From: a virus
Reading direction: 5' to 3' (one strand)
IMG/VR virus record: IMGVR_UViG_3300035704_000002
Span: 64,203-128,202 of that record
Length of the DNA: 64,000 nucleotides
The notes beneath the pieces are model-generated. The model saw only the letters and a program-made list of their open reading frames with translations. It made no database searches and was not told where the DNA came from. Both the position numbers and the translations under genes were made by a program. Below, piece after piece: positions 38,279 through 48,485 of this stretch. How positions within the stretch are numbered: position 1 is the first letter of the stretch; the number at the start of each line of letters is the position of its first letter.

Positions 38279-40587
38279 GCACCCCCTTTGATCATGCGCA
38301 TGCCACGTCGTTCGCGCCCGTCAGCCGCGTCCTTGGCGGCCTGCAAGATCTCCCGCCACTCCAACGGCGTGAACTGACTCGACGCGATCTCGAACAGTCG
38401 CTTGCGACTCTGGCCGCCCTCACCCCGAAGGCGCGGCCGACTGCGGTGCACGTGCAGGTGGTCCAACAGCGCGATCGCGTCCCTGCCACTGCGACCACCG
38501 GGCTGCGTGGCGACGAAAGCGAGGAACCCAGACTGCTGCACCAGGATCGTCGGCGCCCCACCGACACCCCACTGGGCATGATCGGACAAGAACGGCCGGC
38601 CGGCCGTTACGGCCTCGGTCTCCTCCGTCGTGGCCGGTCGGCTGATCAGATACTCCAACAGCCACTCGTGCATCTGGGTCGTCATGTCGGTACCCGAGGA
38701 GTCCGGCGCCCAGAACGGCACCAACGCGGAGATCAGCATGATCCAGTCGTCCTTGCTGGAGCCGACCGGCTGCGCCGGGATCTTCGCGTCGCGCTCCATC
38801 GAGCGCCGAAAAGCCTTGGGCGTCTCGAAATCGTCCCGCCGCCACCAGTCCAGATAGAACGGCAAGCCGGGTCGGTAGAGCTTGGGCCGATTGCCGCCGG
38901 GCCAGTCGAAATCCACCGGCAGACGCAACACCAACCGGCCGGTGGCGGCCGGACCACGGTCCCGTTCCTCCAGCCGCCACACCTGCACGCCGCGCTCACG
39001 ATAGGGAGGGGGGGTCAGCAGTACGTCCAGTTCCTGCAAGGTGGCGACCGCGTCATCGTGGCGCTCACCCCACGGGTCCGCCGGGGGCGGCTGCTCCTCC
39101 TGTTCACGTCGCTGGGCCGCGACATGCACCCGGATCGGCACTGGGTCCGGCTGCGGTTCGGGCGCAGGCTCGGCGGCCAGCAGTTCAGTCGTGAAGTCGG
39201 CCAGCGGGTCACTCGGTAGCTCGGGCTCCAGTTCAACGGCGACGCTGGCCGCGCCGTGGCTGGTTGATGTGGCTCGCGCGGTGGGTGGCGCGACCGTCGG
39301 CGTGTCGTCGGAGTTGGTGACCGGCGCGGGAATGGCGACCCGCGCGGCTGCCGCGCGGGCCACGGTATCGGCCAGCGTGTCGCGACGGTGCTGGCTGGCT
39401 ACGGTGTCCACCCCGGCGGCGGCAGCGGCGCCGTGAACGTTGGCGATGGTGCGCACCAGGTAGTCGGTGCGCACCATCGGGTCGACCTTGTCCGGCTTCT
39501 GTCCAGTGGACAGACGCCGCGCCATGACCGCTTCGGCCTGCCGCTGCGCGGACACGCCAACGTTGAGCAGCAGTCGCACCAGCGCCGCGTCAAGCCTGTT
39601 CGGGTCGTCGTCCAGGTCGGGACGATCGTTCGCCCAGGTTGCCTCCAGGATCGATCCGGGTGAGAGTTCGAGCAGGTCGGCCAGCCACGTGGGCAAGTGG
39701 GCCGGTGCCGCGCGGGCGGCCTGCCATGCCGCGACCAGATTCACATCCGGCAACGAGGCGGCGACCTCGCCCGCGCGGCCGGTGATCGAGCGCTGCGCGA
39801 ACTCGGCCAGCACGTCGTCAGGTGCCAGGTGCTCCCGGATCTGATCGGGTTCATAGCGGGCACCGGGGTCGAAGTGAACCATTTTGACCGGGCGCGGCGC
39901 GACTCCCTTGCAGTTCAGGCTGCCAGGTGCCCGCATGACGCGGTCCAGGTTGAACACCGCGTCCACCGCCCAGGTGCCCAGTCTGCGCGCGTGGTGACCC
40001 AGCGTGTGCACCAGATCGCGGGACAGGGCGGCCATGGCGGTCTTTTCGGCCACCGGATCGGTGGCGTCGGTGGCCAGCCACGGCTCGACCAGTAGCCAGT
40101 AAGGCTGAAGTCCTCCCCCTGAGTGCAGGATCATGGACGGCGGCAGGCCGATCGCGTCGACAATCTGCATCGCGGACGCCTGATCCGGGGGGTAGTGCGT
40201 GGCCTTGTGGCCCGGACCAGCGATGTCGATATCAGCCCAGAGAGTCGGGATGCCCTGCACGTCGTCTGCCGTCAGGCGCCGTCGGTGGGCCGGTACAACC
40301 TCACCGTGGCGCGTGTTGTTCGCCTCGACGGCAGCCGTGGGCGCCATGCCCAGGCTGACGTATACGGCGCCGATCTGGTCGGGCTGTCGGCGAACCTCGG
40401 TATGCAGGATGGACGCGAGGGAGCCCGGCTGTGCCGGGCTCCACGTCGTCATCTTCGCGGGCTTGGGTTGTGCCTGGTCAAGCGTCCATACGTAGGTGGA
40501 CCACCCGTCCAGCCGGTCATCGCCCGTACCAAACGGTCCGCCGAGAAGTGCCGAGCAGAAGGCGTCGATCTGCTCGGCTCTGTTCAT
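38275..40587 (-). CDS. RepB-like (AEP superfamily) DNA primase with long C-terminal region
   Basis: LWADIDIAGPGHK, PSMILHSGGGLQPYWLL, VD.VFNLDRVMRAPGSLN.K; no Walker A seen. Confidence 0.85.
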   Translation of the reverse strand: MNRAEQIDAFCSALLGGPFGTGDDRLDGWSTYVWTLDQAQPKPAKMTTWSPAQPGSLASILHTEVRRQPDQIGAVYVSLGMAPTAAVEANNTRHGEVVPAHRRRLTADDVQGIPTLWADIDIAGPGHKATHYPPDQASAMQIVDAIGLPPSMILHSGGGLQPYWLLVEPWLATDATDPVAEKTAMAALSRDLVHTLGHHARRLGTWAVDAVFNLDRVMRAPGSLNCKGVAPRPVKMVHFDPGARYEPDQIREHLAPDDVLAEFAQRSITGRAGEVAASLPDVNLVAAWQAARAAPAHLPTWLADLLELSPGSILEATWANDRPDLDDDPNRLDAALVRLLLNVGVSAQRQAEAVMARRLSTGQKPDKVDPMVRTDYLVRTIANVHGAAAAAGVDTVASQHRRDTLADTVARAAAARVAIPAPVTNSDDTPTVAPPTARATSTSHGAASVAVELEPELPSDPLADFTTELLAAEPAPEPQPDPVPIRVHVAAQRREQEEQPPPADPWGERHDDAVATLQELDVLLTPPPYRERGVQVWRLEERDRGPAATGRLVLRLPVDFDWPGGNRPKLYRPGLPFYLDWWRRDDFETPKAFRRSMERDAKIPAQPVGSSKDDWIMLISALVPFWAPDSSGTDMTTQMHEWLLEYLISRPATTEETEAVTAGRPFLSDHAQWGVGGAPTILVQQSGFLAFVATQPGGRSGRDAIALLDHLHVHRSRPRLRGEGGQSRKRLFEIASSQFTPLEWREILQAAKDAADGRERRGMRMIKGGA

Positions 40588-41429
40588 CCGGTCGGACCGT
40601 CACCCACGCTGATGCCACCGTCGCCGGCCGCCTCGGCGGTGCCCGAGTCGGTGAAGTCGGCCACGGCGGCGTCGATCATGGCCTTGATCTCCAGGCCGTA
40701 CACCTGGGCGGCGCGCCGTTCGTCGTCGGACAGCGGGCCGACCATGCGTAGCTCGACCTGGTTGTACGTCTGGTTGTTGCTCGACTTCGCCTTGACTAGG
40801 CCCAGGCCGGTCTCCACCGCGAAGTAGGGCAACTGGTCTTCGGACAGGTCCATGGCGTAGCTCACGACCTTGCGCACCGAGGTGCGCGGCACCACGACCA
40901 CGACCGGGAACATCGCGCCGTCCGTCGCGAAGAACAGCAGCCGCTGCTCGCGGCATGCCTGGCCTTTCTCGCTCTTGGGGTCACTGCCCCGTTGGGCCAT
41001 GGGGCAGTTGCGGCACAGCCCCGTCGGGTTGAGGTGACCCAGTTCGCCGCTGGCGTGGTACCGGCCGCCTTCGTCCGGCGTCTTGCCGTCGGAGGAGAAG
41101 CAATCCGGGAAGCTGCCGTCGGGTTCGTTGCTCTCCCAGTAGCTGCGCCGTGCCTTGATCGCGATGACCACGCCGATCAGTTCCTTGACCGCCCGCTGCG
41201 TACCGGCGCGCGTGACCATCCAGGAGTCCAGTTCGCCGGACGGGACCTTGATCCGCTTGAAATCGCGGACCCCCAACTCCTCGTCTCCCAGGTTCTCCTG
41301 GAAAACCTCCATCATTTCCGGGGTCGGCGCGATCGCCGGGAAGCGTTCGGCGAAGGATTCGCGCACGTCCACCATGCCCGAGCCGTCGCGCAGGGCGACG
41401 CTGGTGGTGGGTTCCGTTTTCGTTGCCAT
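40584..41429 (-). CDS. putative ssDNA-binding/recombination protein (Zn-containing)
   Basis: RSYW...PDCFSSDG...CRNCPMAQRGS...ACRE.RLL, VPRTS; acidic C-terminus; AGGAAAGG RBS. Confidence 0.6.
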   Translation of the reverse strand: MATKTEPTTSVALRDGSGMVDVRESFAERFPAIAPTPEMMEVFQENLGDEELGVRDFKRIKVPSGELDSWMVTRAGTQRAVKELIGVVIAIKARRSYWESNEPDGSFPDCFSSDGKTPDEGGRYHASGELGHLNPTGLCRNCPMAQRGSDPKSEKGQACREQRLLFFATDGAMFPVVVVVPRTSVRKVVSYAMDLSEDQLPYFAVETGLGLVKAKSSNNQTYNQVELRMVGPLSDDERRAAQVYGLEIKAMIDAAVADFTDSGTAEAAGDGGISVGDGPTG

Positions 41430-41585
41430 CAGGGGGATGCCTTTCCTCATGGTGTTCCGTCCCTCGGGTCCAGTCCGAGGGTCCAACCGGCGGCGTTCGG
41501 TGAGACTAGCGCCGCCTCTCGGGGTCGCCGAGCTTCCGACGCGCGGGAGCACCGACGGCCCAAAGATGATCAGCGAGAGGCGTTC

Positions 41586-42443
41586 TCAGAGGCGTCGGCG
41601 CCCACGGTGGGAGACCGCCGCGCGGGCACCGGCCCGCCGCTTGGCCGAGGACTGCGTGGCGCGCACCTGTGGCCGGTTCTTGACCTCCACCAGCTTCGCC
41701 AGCTCGTCCGGGATGCCCAGGTCAGCCTCGATGCGCTCGCGCAACATCGCCTTGAGCGTGTTCCCGTTGTAGCCGTTCGTGACGATGCCCCGATCCATGT
41801 TCAGCTTCCGCAATGCCCGAATCACGTCGGCCGTCCCGAACTTGGCGCCGTCACCGTCGGCGAGATAGTTCACGTAGTACACCGGCGAGAACGAGAAGGT
41901 CATGCCGTCCAAGGCGGGGGGAGCGTCCAACCCGAGCAGCACCGTGTCCTCCACGATCTGTTCGTTCAGGGCGTCACGCTCGGCCTTGAGCGTCTTCAGC
42001 AGCGCGTCCGCCTCATCCACCTGCCGGTCGACCCACAGCCAACGTCGCTGTGCGTCCGCCAGCGTGGTGACAGCGGCATCGGGTGCCGGCGTGGCAGGCG
42101 CATCCACCGGGGCGGCCGTGTCGATGACCGGCGCGACCGCCTCGGGGAAGTCGGGCACCAGGCCCAGTTCGGCCGGTGCGGAGGCCAGAACGGTGTGCCA
42201 CTTGTCGGTGAGCCGGTCGGCGGACAGGCGTGCATGCTGCGTGCCGTCGGACAACAGCAGGATGGCGACGCTGCCGTCCTGGGTCAGGGTGATGGTGCGC
42301 ACGATCATCGTGACGTTCTTCGTGCGCCACGATCGACCGCTGGTGTCCAGCCACGTAGCGCTGACCACGGTGCCGTAGGCGGGTAGAGGTTGGCCTTTCC
42401 ACAGCAGGTCGACTGCTGCGGCGGCGGTGTCGGGCGTCGACAT
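41586..42443 (-). CDS. phage replication-module protein (coiled coil plus conserved C-terminal domain)
   Basis: LKAERDALNEQI...NTLKAMLRERIE...IPD; GGAGG RBS. Confidence 0.65.
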   Translation of the reverse strand: MSTPDTAAAAVDLLWKGQPLPAYGTVVSATWLDTSGRSWRTKNVTMIVRTITLTQDGSVAILLLSDGTQHARLSADRLTDKWHTVLASAPAELGLVPDFPEAVAPVIDTAAPVDAPATPAPDAAVTTLADAQRRWLWVDRQVDEADALLKTLKAERDALNEQIVEDTVLLGLDAPPALDGMTFSFSPVYYVNYLADGDGAKFGTADVIRALRKLNMDRGIVTNGYNGNTLKAMLRERIEADLGIPDELAKLVEVKNRPQVRATQSSAKRRAGARAAVSHRGRRRL

Positions 42444-42471
42444 CGGTCCTCCGGGGGTGAGAGTGATCACG

Positions 42472-42500
42472 AGGCTAGCCGTACCGGGCCGGCTAGTCAA
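42472..42500 (-). promoter_or_regulatory. early promoter with embedded operator
   Basis: TTGACT-AGCCGGCCCGGTACGGC-TAGCCT. Confidence 0.8.
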
Positions 42501-42780
42501 GCCATCGGACCAGCAATCCCTCACCCGACTCCGAAAGCTCCACAGTAGACACTCCCTCCTTGTTGGGATTGCCCACCACGAGCGCGCCGGCCTGTCGAAG
42601 ACTGGTCAGTGTCCGGAAGTCCCACCCACCCACCGCTTCGCCGGACAGCGACCACTCCGCCGCGCGCGGACGGTAGGTCACGCGCCGCGCGCGCACCGCC
42701 GTCAGGGCGTCCACGCGGGCGTCCGTTCGCTTGCCGATGTTGTTCTCCAGCCTGGTAACCGAGTCATACGGTTCGGTCAT
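42493..42780 (-). CDS. hypothetical protein, possible winged helix
   Basis: TLTSLRQAGALV...VELSESGEGLL. Confidence 0.6.
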   Translation of the reverse strand: MTEPYDSVTRLENNIGKRTDARVDALTAVRARRVTYRPRAAEWSLSGEAVGGWDFRTLTSLRQAGALVVGNPNKEGVSTVELSESGEGLLVRWLD

Positions 42781-43126
42781 TGCCTGCCCTCACAATCGAT
42801 TCGAGAATGGCGCCCACACGCGGATAGCTGTATTCGCCCACGCGAATGGTCGTATTCAGTAGATAGATCGACAACACGTCCTGACGCAGCGCGTAGTCGT
42901 CCGTGGTCAACTGCGCCACCGTGAAGCCATCACTGGCCGCGCGTAGATGGGCGGCCAACGCGCGGTACACGCTCTGTAGATCGCCACCGTCGGCCGCGAT
43001 CGACGCCAGGTGATCGAACAGATCGGCCTGCTGACGCACGCCCGACCGCACCGCCTCGACCGAGGTGGCCAGTTCCTCGTCGGTCGGTTCACGCGGCGGC
43101 GGCACGGCCGGCCTACTTCGTTTCAC
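42764..43126 (-). CDS. hypothetical protein
   Basis: ORF track, overlap coupling. Confidence 0.6.
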   Translation of the reverse strand: MKRSRPAVPPPREPTDEELATSVEAVRSGVRQQADLFDHLASIAADGGDLQSVYRALAAHLRAASDGFTVAQLTTDDYALRQDVLSIYLLNTTIRVGEYSYPRVGAILESIVRAGNDRTV

Positions 43127-43334
43127 GTGGAACGCCGCCCTTCGCCCACCGTGGCGCCTGGCCCCCCGCCGGACACTGGGGCACCATCTCGCCCGAGAAG
43201 TCGCGGGTGTACGGCTTGTGCGCGTAGAACGTGCCGGCCGTCGTCAGGCGAATCTTGCGGTGACACTGCCCGCACGGCACCCTCGTTCTGGCTCGCGGTA
43301 CCACCGACCCGGCTGGCTGCTGCGTCGCTGTCAT
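43113..43334 (-). CDS. small Zn-finger protein
   Basis: CGQC...H...C. Confidence 0.6.
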   Translation of the reverse strand: MTATQQPAGSVVPRARTRVPCGQCHRKIRLTTAGTFYAHKPYTRDFSGEMVPQCPAGGQAPRWAKGGVPRETK

Positions 43335-43822
43335 GCCGGGTCATCCGACGCGGTGTAGTCCAGCCGCATACCGGGGAGCAGTGTGCCGTCCTTGTGCAGC
43401 GCGGCCGTGATACGAGCCGCCATGGCCTCGTGTGTCGGCACCATGATGTGGTCGATGTAGGAGCGCTCCACCTGTTGCAGCGTCACCCCTGGCGTCGCCA
43501 CCATCGCCTCGTCCACGTCGAACATATCGGCGATGTCCTCCATCACGATCGTCGGATCGCCGCTGTTCCAGCCGTCACGCCGGTGCGCCAGGCGCAGCTT
43601 GAAACCGTGGCGAGCCAGCCGGACCGCGACCGCCGCACTGATCAGGGTGACCAACACGAGCGCGTGGCTCGTGGTGACCAGACCCGGCCTGGTATCGGTC
43701 GCGACCGTGGCGAACAGCAGAACGAGGGTGGCCAACGCGGCACGCACGGTCCACTGCTGCGCGTACAGCTCCGGATCGGCCGCGACACGGCGGCGTTGCC
43801 GGCGACGCTGACGTCGGTTCAT
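43331..43822 (-). CDS. 2-TM membrane protein
   Basis: MNRRQRR start, two hydrophobic segments. Confidence 0.65.
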   Translation of the reverse strand: MNRRQRRRQRRRVAADPELYAQQWTVRAALATLVLLFATVATDTRPGLVTTSHALVLVTLISAAVAVRLARHGFKLRLAHRRDGWNSGDPTIVMEDIADMFDVDEAMVATPGVTLQQVERSYIDHIMVPTHEAMAARITAALHKDGTLLPGMRLDYTASDDPA

Positions 43823-44187
43823 ACCCTCTCCTGCTGTTGCTCGGGTGGTTCGGCGTGCTCGACCAGTGCGGTGATGATGCGATCCCGCACCTGCTCCGGC
43901 ACGCTGGGGTCCTTGCTCAGCACGGTGAGCAGGCGGGCCAGCACCGTCCAGTGCGACCGCGCCTCGGCGGCGTCCAGGCCAAGGGTGACGCGCCGCTTGT
44001 GTTCCAGCGTGAGCGCGGCGCTGACCTCGCCGAACAACCGCGTGAGGTAGCTCACGATCACCTCGCGGTAGCCGGCCGGGCCGGACCGCGTAACGATCTT
44101 CTCGACCAGTGAACCGGCCTCCTGGGAGATCAGTCGATCAGGGCTGCGACCTCCCCGTAACTCGCGAACGATCAACTCGGTAGACAC
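43819..44187 (-). CDS. hypothetical helical protein
   Basis: GGAGG RBS, GTG start, downstream of promoter. Confidence 0.65.
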   Translation of the reverse strand: MSTELIVRELRGGRSPDRLISQEAGSLVEKIVTRSGPAGYREVIVSYLTRLFGEVSAALTLEHKRRVTLGLDAAEARSHWTVLARLLTVLSKDPSVPEQVRDRIITALVEHAEPPEQQQERV

Positions 44188-44227
44188 GGCAACCTCCAAC
44201 GCGGGGACAGGGCGGGAAATGGTCGCA

Positions 44228-44256
44228 AGCCTAGCCGAGTAAGATCGGCGAGACAA
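44228..44256 (-). promoter_or_regulatory. early promoter with embedded operator
   Basis: TTGTCT-CGCCGATCTTACTCGGC-TAGGCT. Confidence 0.8.
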
Positions 44257-44352
44257 GGTGCCTCTTGCCTGAACTGGTCTTCACACCCACTATCGGTAGT
44301 CGTGATCCAACCGGTTGAGGGATGCCAGACCGGACAGACCACGCACCAGGTG

Positions 44353-45273
44353 TCACTCGGGGTTATCTCCGGCCCGGCTGGGCGTCGTCGGGTCGGAGCC
44401 CGTGGCCACCATGGCGTCCACCAGTGATCGAGGCCGCATCGGCCACTGCGCCGCACTGACCATCAAATCCCGCGACCGCTCCCGCGTCTGCTCACAGGTC
44501 GCCGCCACCAGCGCGTCGTCAGGCTCCCGTGTGATCTCCAATCGATTCAACTTCGCCCGAACAAACGCGACGTTGCCGCTACTCCACGCGCGTTGCATCT
44601 TCGTGGCCTCACCGTCCAACCAGCCACCCATGTTCTCGCACCATGTGCGGTGCCAACGAATCTGGCGTTGATGCAGCTTGGCCAGATTGATGTAGCCGAC
44701 GGAACCCGCATACGTCGCGGCCAGCTTGTAGGCCAGCCGCATCGTGGCCAGTGTGTCAGCGACCGCGTCATGCGCGTCCTCGCCCAGCGGCACGCCGTAG
44801 TGCTGGCACATCTGGGTGAGCTTGCGGCCACCCTTGCGCCACCGATCGTTGGCCCGGTCGATCACCAGCGGGTCGACCAGGTAGCGGCCGGTGAAGTCGA
44901 TACCGGCGGTCGCGCCGAAGTGTCGCGCCAGTTCGCGGTCAGCCATCGTCAGGTCGTAGGAGCCGTTGAACGCGACGATCGGACACTGCGGTGTCCAGAG
45001 ACGTTGCATCAGCTCGCGCGCCTGCGCCCAGACCTTCTCGGGCGGCTCGCCATGGTCACGCGCGTAGTCGGTGGTGATGCCGTGCACGGCGGTGGCGGTC
45101 TCGGGGATCTCGATCCCCGGATTGATCAGGAAGTGGTATCGGGTCGGTTCGCGGCCGGGTTCCCGATGGATCAGGGCCAACGTAACGGCTCGATCGGACT
45201 CCGGATCGACACCCGTGGTTTCCAGGTCGAATCCCAGTAGCGGGCCATCGGCCCAACTTGAGCGTTGTCGCAT
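44353..45273 (-). CDS. DnaQ-like DEDDh 3'-5' exonuclease
   Basis: FDLETTG, VHGIT, AFNGSYDL, AHDAVADTLAT. Confidence 0.93.
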   Translation of the reverse strand: MRQRSSWADGPLLGFDLETTGVDPESDRAVTLALIHREPGREPTRYHFLINPGIEIPETATAVHGITTDYARDHGEPPEKVWAQARELMQRLWTPQCPIVAFNGSYDLTMADRELARHFGATAGIDFTGRYLVDPLVIDRANDRWRKGGRKLTQMCQHYGVPLGEDAHDAVADTLATMRLAYKLAATYAGSVGYINLAKLHQRQIRWHRTWCENMGGWLDGEATKMQRAWSSGNVAFVRAKLNRLEITREPDDALVAATCEQTRERSRDLMVSAAQWPMRPRSLVDAMVATGSDPTTPSRAGDNPE

Positions 45274-45405
45274 GCGGCGGACAATACCAAGTCTCACCGA
45301 CACAACGCGGCGTGCCGAGCCGGGGGGTCGCTCGGCACGCCGCATCGATTTCCCTGCATCCCCACGCAATCGGGTCGGAAGGCCGCCCCGGATCACTGAG
45401 AAGGG

Positions 45406-45434
45406 ACAGTAGCCGATCTAGAGCGGCTTGTCTA
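45406..45434 (-). promoter_or_regulatory. probable early promoter with embedded operator
   Basis: TAGACA-AGCCGCTCTAGATCGGC-TACTGT. Confidence 0.65.
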
Positions 45435-45438
45435 ACAC

Positions 45439-47862
45439 TTAGGTCAGCACGTCGTCCAGCCACAGCGCGTCCCGCTGCGCCTGCGACAGCACCGCGCGTA
45501 CCGGCGGGCGCGGATCACCCATCACGTCCACGCCGAACTCATCGATCGGCAGATGCACGCCGCCGCCATCTCCCCGCGCCGCGCCCGACATGACCGTGTC
45601 CACCGGCAGCGGCGACTCCGGATTGCCATCCCCACCGAGGCCGGGATGGTTCAGGCCGCGAATGGACAGCACGCCGGCCACCACGCTGCGCCGACACATC
45701 AGCGAGCGGTAGACGTCATGGTCGATGGTGTCGGCCACCTCCAGGTGCACGAACGTCACCGGCCGCGTCTGGCCCGGCCGATGCTGGCGGGCCAGCGCCT
45801 GATCGTAGTCACCCAGACTGTGCCCCTTGGAATACCAGATGCCGTAGCACGAGCGGGTCAAGTCCACTCCGGTACCGCCGGACTGAATCTGCACGCCGAC
45901 CACGTCAGCATCTGGCGCCATCTCGCTGGCCTCGGTCAGCCCGTCGCCGCGCCGGCCGGAGATCTCCCGGTAGCGCAGGCCGGCCCGCTCGGCGACCGCC
46001 CGAATGGCGTCCAGGTCGTCCCGGAAGTGCGCGTACACGCACACCGGCTCCGCGCCGCCGGGGTGCTGGGGGTAGCAGCCCGCTTCGTACAGCAGGCCGC
46101 CGGCCGGGTGGTTACCGTCGAACTCCATCAGGGCATCGGACTTCGCGGTCGAGAAACGCCGCTTGTCACCCTCATCGGTGGGCAGCGTGCCGCCGGTGGC
46201 CTGCATCAGGCGCAGCAGGCGTGCCAGCACGTTGCGCGGTGTCAGCGTGGCCTGTTCGACACCCGTGCCGAACAGCTCGGTGTCGTAGAGATCCTGGAAC
46301 TGGCCCAGTTCGTCGGCCAGGATCTTGTCCAGGTCCGCCATCATCACCGGATCGACATCGCCCACCGGAGTGATGGCCGCAAAGTCAGTCAGGTCGGCCC
46401 ACAGCTCGTTCTCCAGGCGCTCGTACTCGCGGCGGGCGTCGGGCTCGAACTCCACCGTGCGCGCGTAGTGCGTCACCTCGGGCAGCTTCAGGTCGACCGT
46501 GGGTCGATACATGATCGAATGCACGAGCCGGGAGAACTCCGCCCGCTGCTCGGGCAGGATCGCCACCGGGAACTTCTGGCCGTCGTCCTCACGCGTGCGC
46601 ATCTGGACGTACTGACCCTTGAACGGCGTCCACAACAGGCCGAAGATACCGGGGTCCAGCGCACGGTAGACACCGAAGATGTCCCACGGGTACTGCGGCA
46701 TCGGCGTGCCGGACAACCCGACCCGCTTGTGTGTGAAGTCCACCCACTTGCTCAGGTTGACCGACATGCGGCCGGTCGGCGACTTCGCCCGGTGCACCTC
46801 ATCATAGATGGCCAGGTCGATCGGCTGACTCGCCCGCCACGACGCCACCGGCTCGTGCACCAGCATCTCGTAGTTCATCACCGCCGCGTGTACCGCCGCC
46901 CCACATGGGCAGTCGAACAGACATTCCTCGGCCTGCGCCAGCCGCTCCGGCAACTTCAGATCCTGCCGTCGGCCACCCTTGCGCCGCGACTCCCGCTTGC
47001 CGTCCACGATGTGCCAGGTACGCGCCGACCACTTGCCCACCTCGCGCGGCCACACGCCACGCACCTTGTTCGGGCAGACGATCACGACTCGCCGGGCGCC
47101 AATGTCATTGGCCAGCGCGATCGTCGCGGCCGTCTTGCCGCCGCCCATCCGGATCGCCAGCATCGACGCCGTCACGCTCGCCGAGAAGCGCACCGCGCGC
47201 ATCTGATGGCCCCACAGCGTGCCGTTGACCAGATGGGCAGTGGGAAAGTCCGGTTCCGGCGCGTCCGGATGCAACACCGCACGACGCTGCGCCATCGTCG
47301 CGAACTCCTGCGCCAACTCGCTGACCCGCTCACTGCACACCGGGGCGAACGGCTCCAGTACCGACAACAGTGCCGCCGCGTGCGCCGGGGTGGCCGGCGT
47401 GTGCCAACAGCGCCGCTCGTCATCCCACAACGCGTGCGCCACAGCCTTGATAGCGTCGTTCGCGGCGAACGGGATGTCCGTCACCGTGATGTGCTGGTTG
47501 TACTGGTTCTTACGTTGCCGGCCCGCATGACCCCGAATCACGACCTGGGGCACGTATGTCGGCCGCGTCGCCACCTGGGGACGCACCGCCGGAGCTGGCT
47601 GCGCGGCGGCCAGGCCGGGAATCTCGATACCAGCCGCCCGCACCGCCGGCCCGTAACGGCTGAGCAGCCGCCATGCCTCGCGCGCCTCCTGCGTGCTCAG
47701 GCCGTGGCCGGTGTTCACCTTCGCCGCCAGCCGCGCCGCCACCGGCACCTCGGCCAGGCCGATGGCGTGCGCCTTCATCGCGGCCACCAACGCCAAGCTG
47801 GTCGCCTCCTGCAAGGCGGCGGCCTCCTGGGTGGTCGGCGTACTCACGGTCTGCTCACTCAC
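45439..47862 (-). CDS. SNF2-family SF2 helicase with N-terminal HARP-like region
   Basis: HQ, MGGGKT, NYE, DEVH, LSGTP, GGTGVDLT, QALARQHRPGQ. Confidence 0.92.
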   Translation of the reverse strand: MSEQTVSTPTTQEAAALQEATSLALVAAMKAHAIGLAEVPVAARLAAKVNTGHGLSTQEAREAWRLLSRYGPAVRAAGIEIPGLAAAQPAPAVRPQVATRPTYVPQVVIRGHAGRQRKNQYNQHITVTDIPFAANDAIKAVAHALWDDERRCWHTPATPAHAAALLSVLEPFAPVCSERVSELAQEFATMAQRRAVLHPDAPEPDFPTAHLVNGTLWGHQMRAVRFSASVTASMLAIRMGGGKTAATIALANDIGARRVVIVCPNKVRGVWPREVGKWSARTWHIVDGKRESRRKGGRRQDLKLPERLAQAEECLFDCPCGAAVHAAVMNYEMLVHEPVASWRASQPIDLAIYDEVHRAKSPTGRMSVNLSKWVDFTHKRVGLSGTPMPQYPWDIFGVYRALDPGIFGLLWTPFKGQYVQMRTREDDGQKFPVAILPEQRAEFSRLVHSIMYRPTVDLKLPEVTHYARTVEFEPDARREYERLENELWADLTDFAAITPVGDVDPVMMADLDKILADELGQFQDLYDTELFGTGVEQATLTPRNVLARLLRLMQATGGTLPTDEGDKRRFSTAKSDALMEFDGNHPAGGLLYEAGCYPQHPGGAEPVCVYAHFRDDLDAIRAVAERAGLRYREISGRRGDGLTEASEMAPDADVVGVQIQSGGTGVDLTRSCYGIWYSKGHSLGDYDQALARQHRPGQTRPVTFVHLEVADTIDHDVYRSLMCRRSVVAGVLSIRGLNHPGLGGDGNPESPLPVDTVMSGAARGDGGGVHLPIDEFGVDVMGDPRPPVRAVLSQAQRDALWLDDVLT

Positions 47863-48485
47863 CGCGTCCCCCATTCCTCGCGCACCCGCGCCAACACCGC
47901 CAGCGTGGCATCACAGGCGTCCACCATGACGCCCGTATCGCCGGACTCCACGAACACCTTGTTCTCGATCAGGTCGCGCACGTCCGCCTCCAGCCCCGCC
48001 GCCGGGAACCGCTCGACCGTGGGGACCGCGTTGGGCGTCCACACCTGCGTCTTCGGCAGGCAGGGCCGCGTTCCCACGCGCGCCAATGGCTCCAGGTGCA
48101 GCTCGTTCTCCTCGCACGGATGCCAGGCCAACACCCACCGTCCACGCGGGTCGCCGTCCACGGCGGTCAACACGGGGATCACATCGTCCACCGCCATGCC
48201 CAGATCGGCGAATCCGGTGACTCGACACTGTCCCGTCAGCGCTACCCAGCCGGGCGGTTCTCCGGACTCCTCGCGCCACCAGTGTCGATGCGACGGCGGC
48301 ATCGGGCAGTTCTCGCCGAGAACCTGGGGCGGCGACGAACAACCGCAGGGCGCGGTAATCCCGCACGGCGGCACGTACCCGCGTCGGGGAGCCGTGCATT
48401 CCAGGTTGAACTGCACCTCCTCCTCGTCATCGAACCCGTACACCGTCAGGATGTGCGCCACATCGCGCACCACGTCGGCGGTCAT
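47859..48485 (-). CDS. hypothetical Cys-rich protein
   Basis: ATGA/GTGA coupling at both ends. Confidence 0.6.
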   Translation of the reverse strand: MTADVVRDVAHILTVYGFDDEEEVQFNLECTAPRRGYVPPCGITAPCGCSSPPQVLGENCPMPPSHRHWWREESGEPPGWVALTGQCRVTGFADLGMAVDDVIPVLTAVDGDPRGRWVLAWHPCEENELHLEPLARVGTRPCLPKTQVWTPNAVPTVERFPAAGLEADVRDLIENKVFVESGDTGVMVDACDATLAVLARVREEWGTR

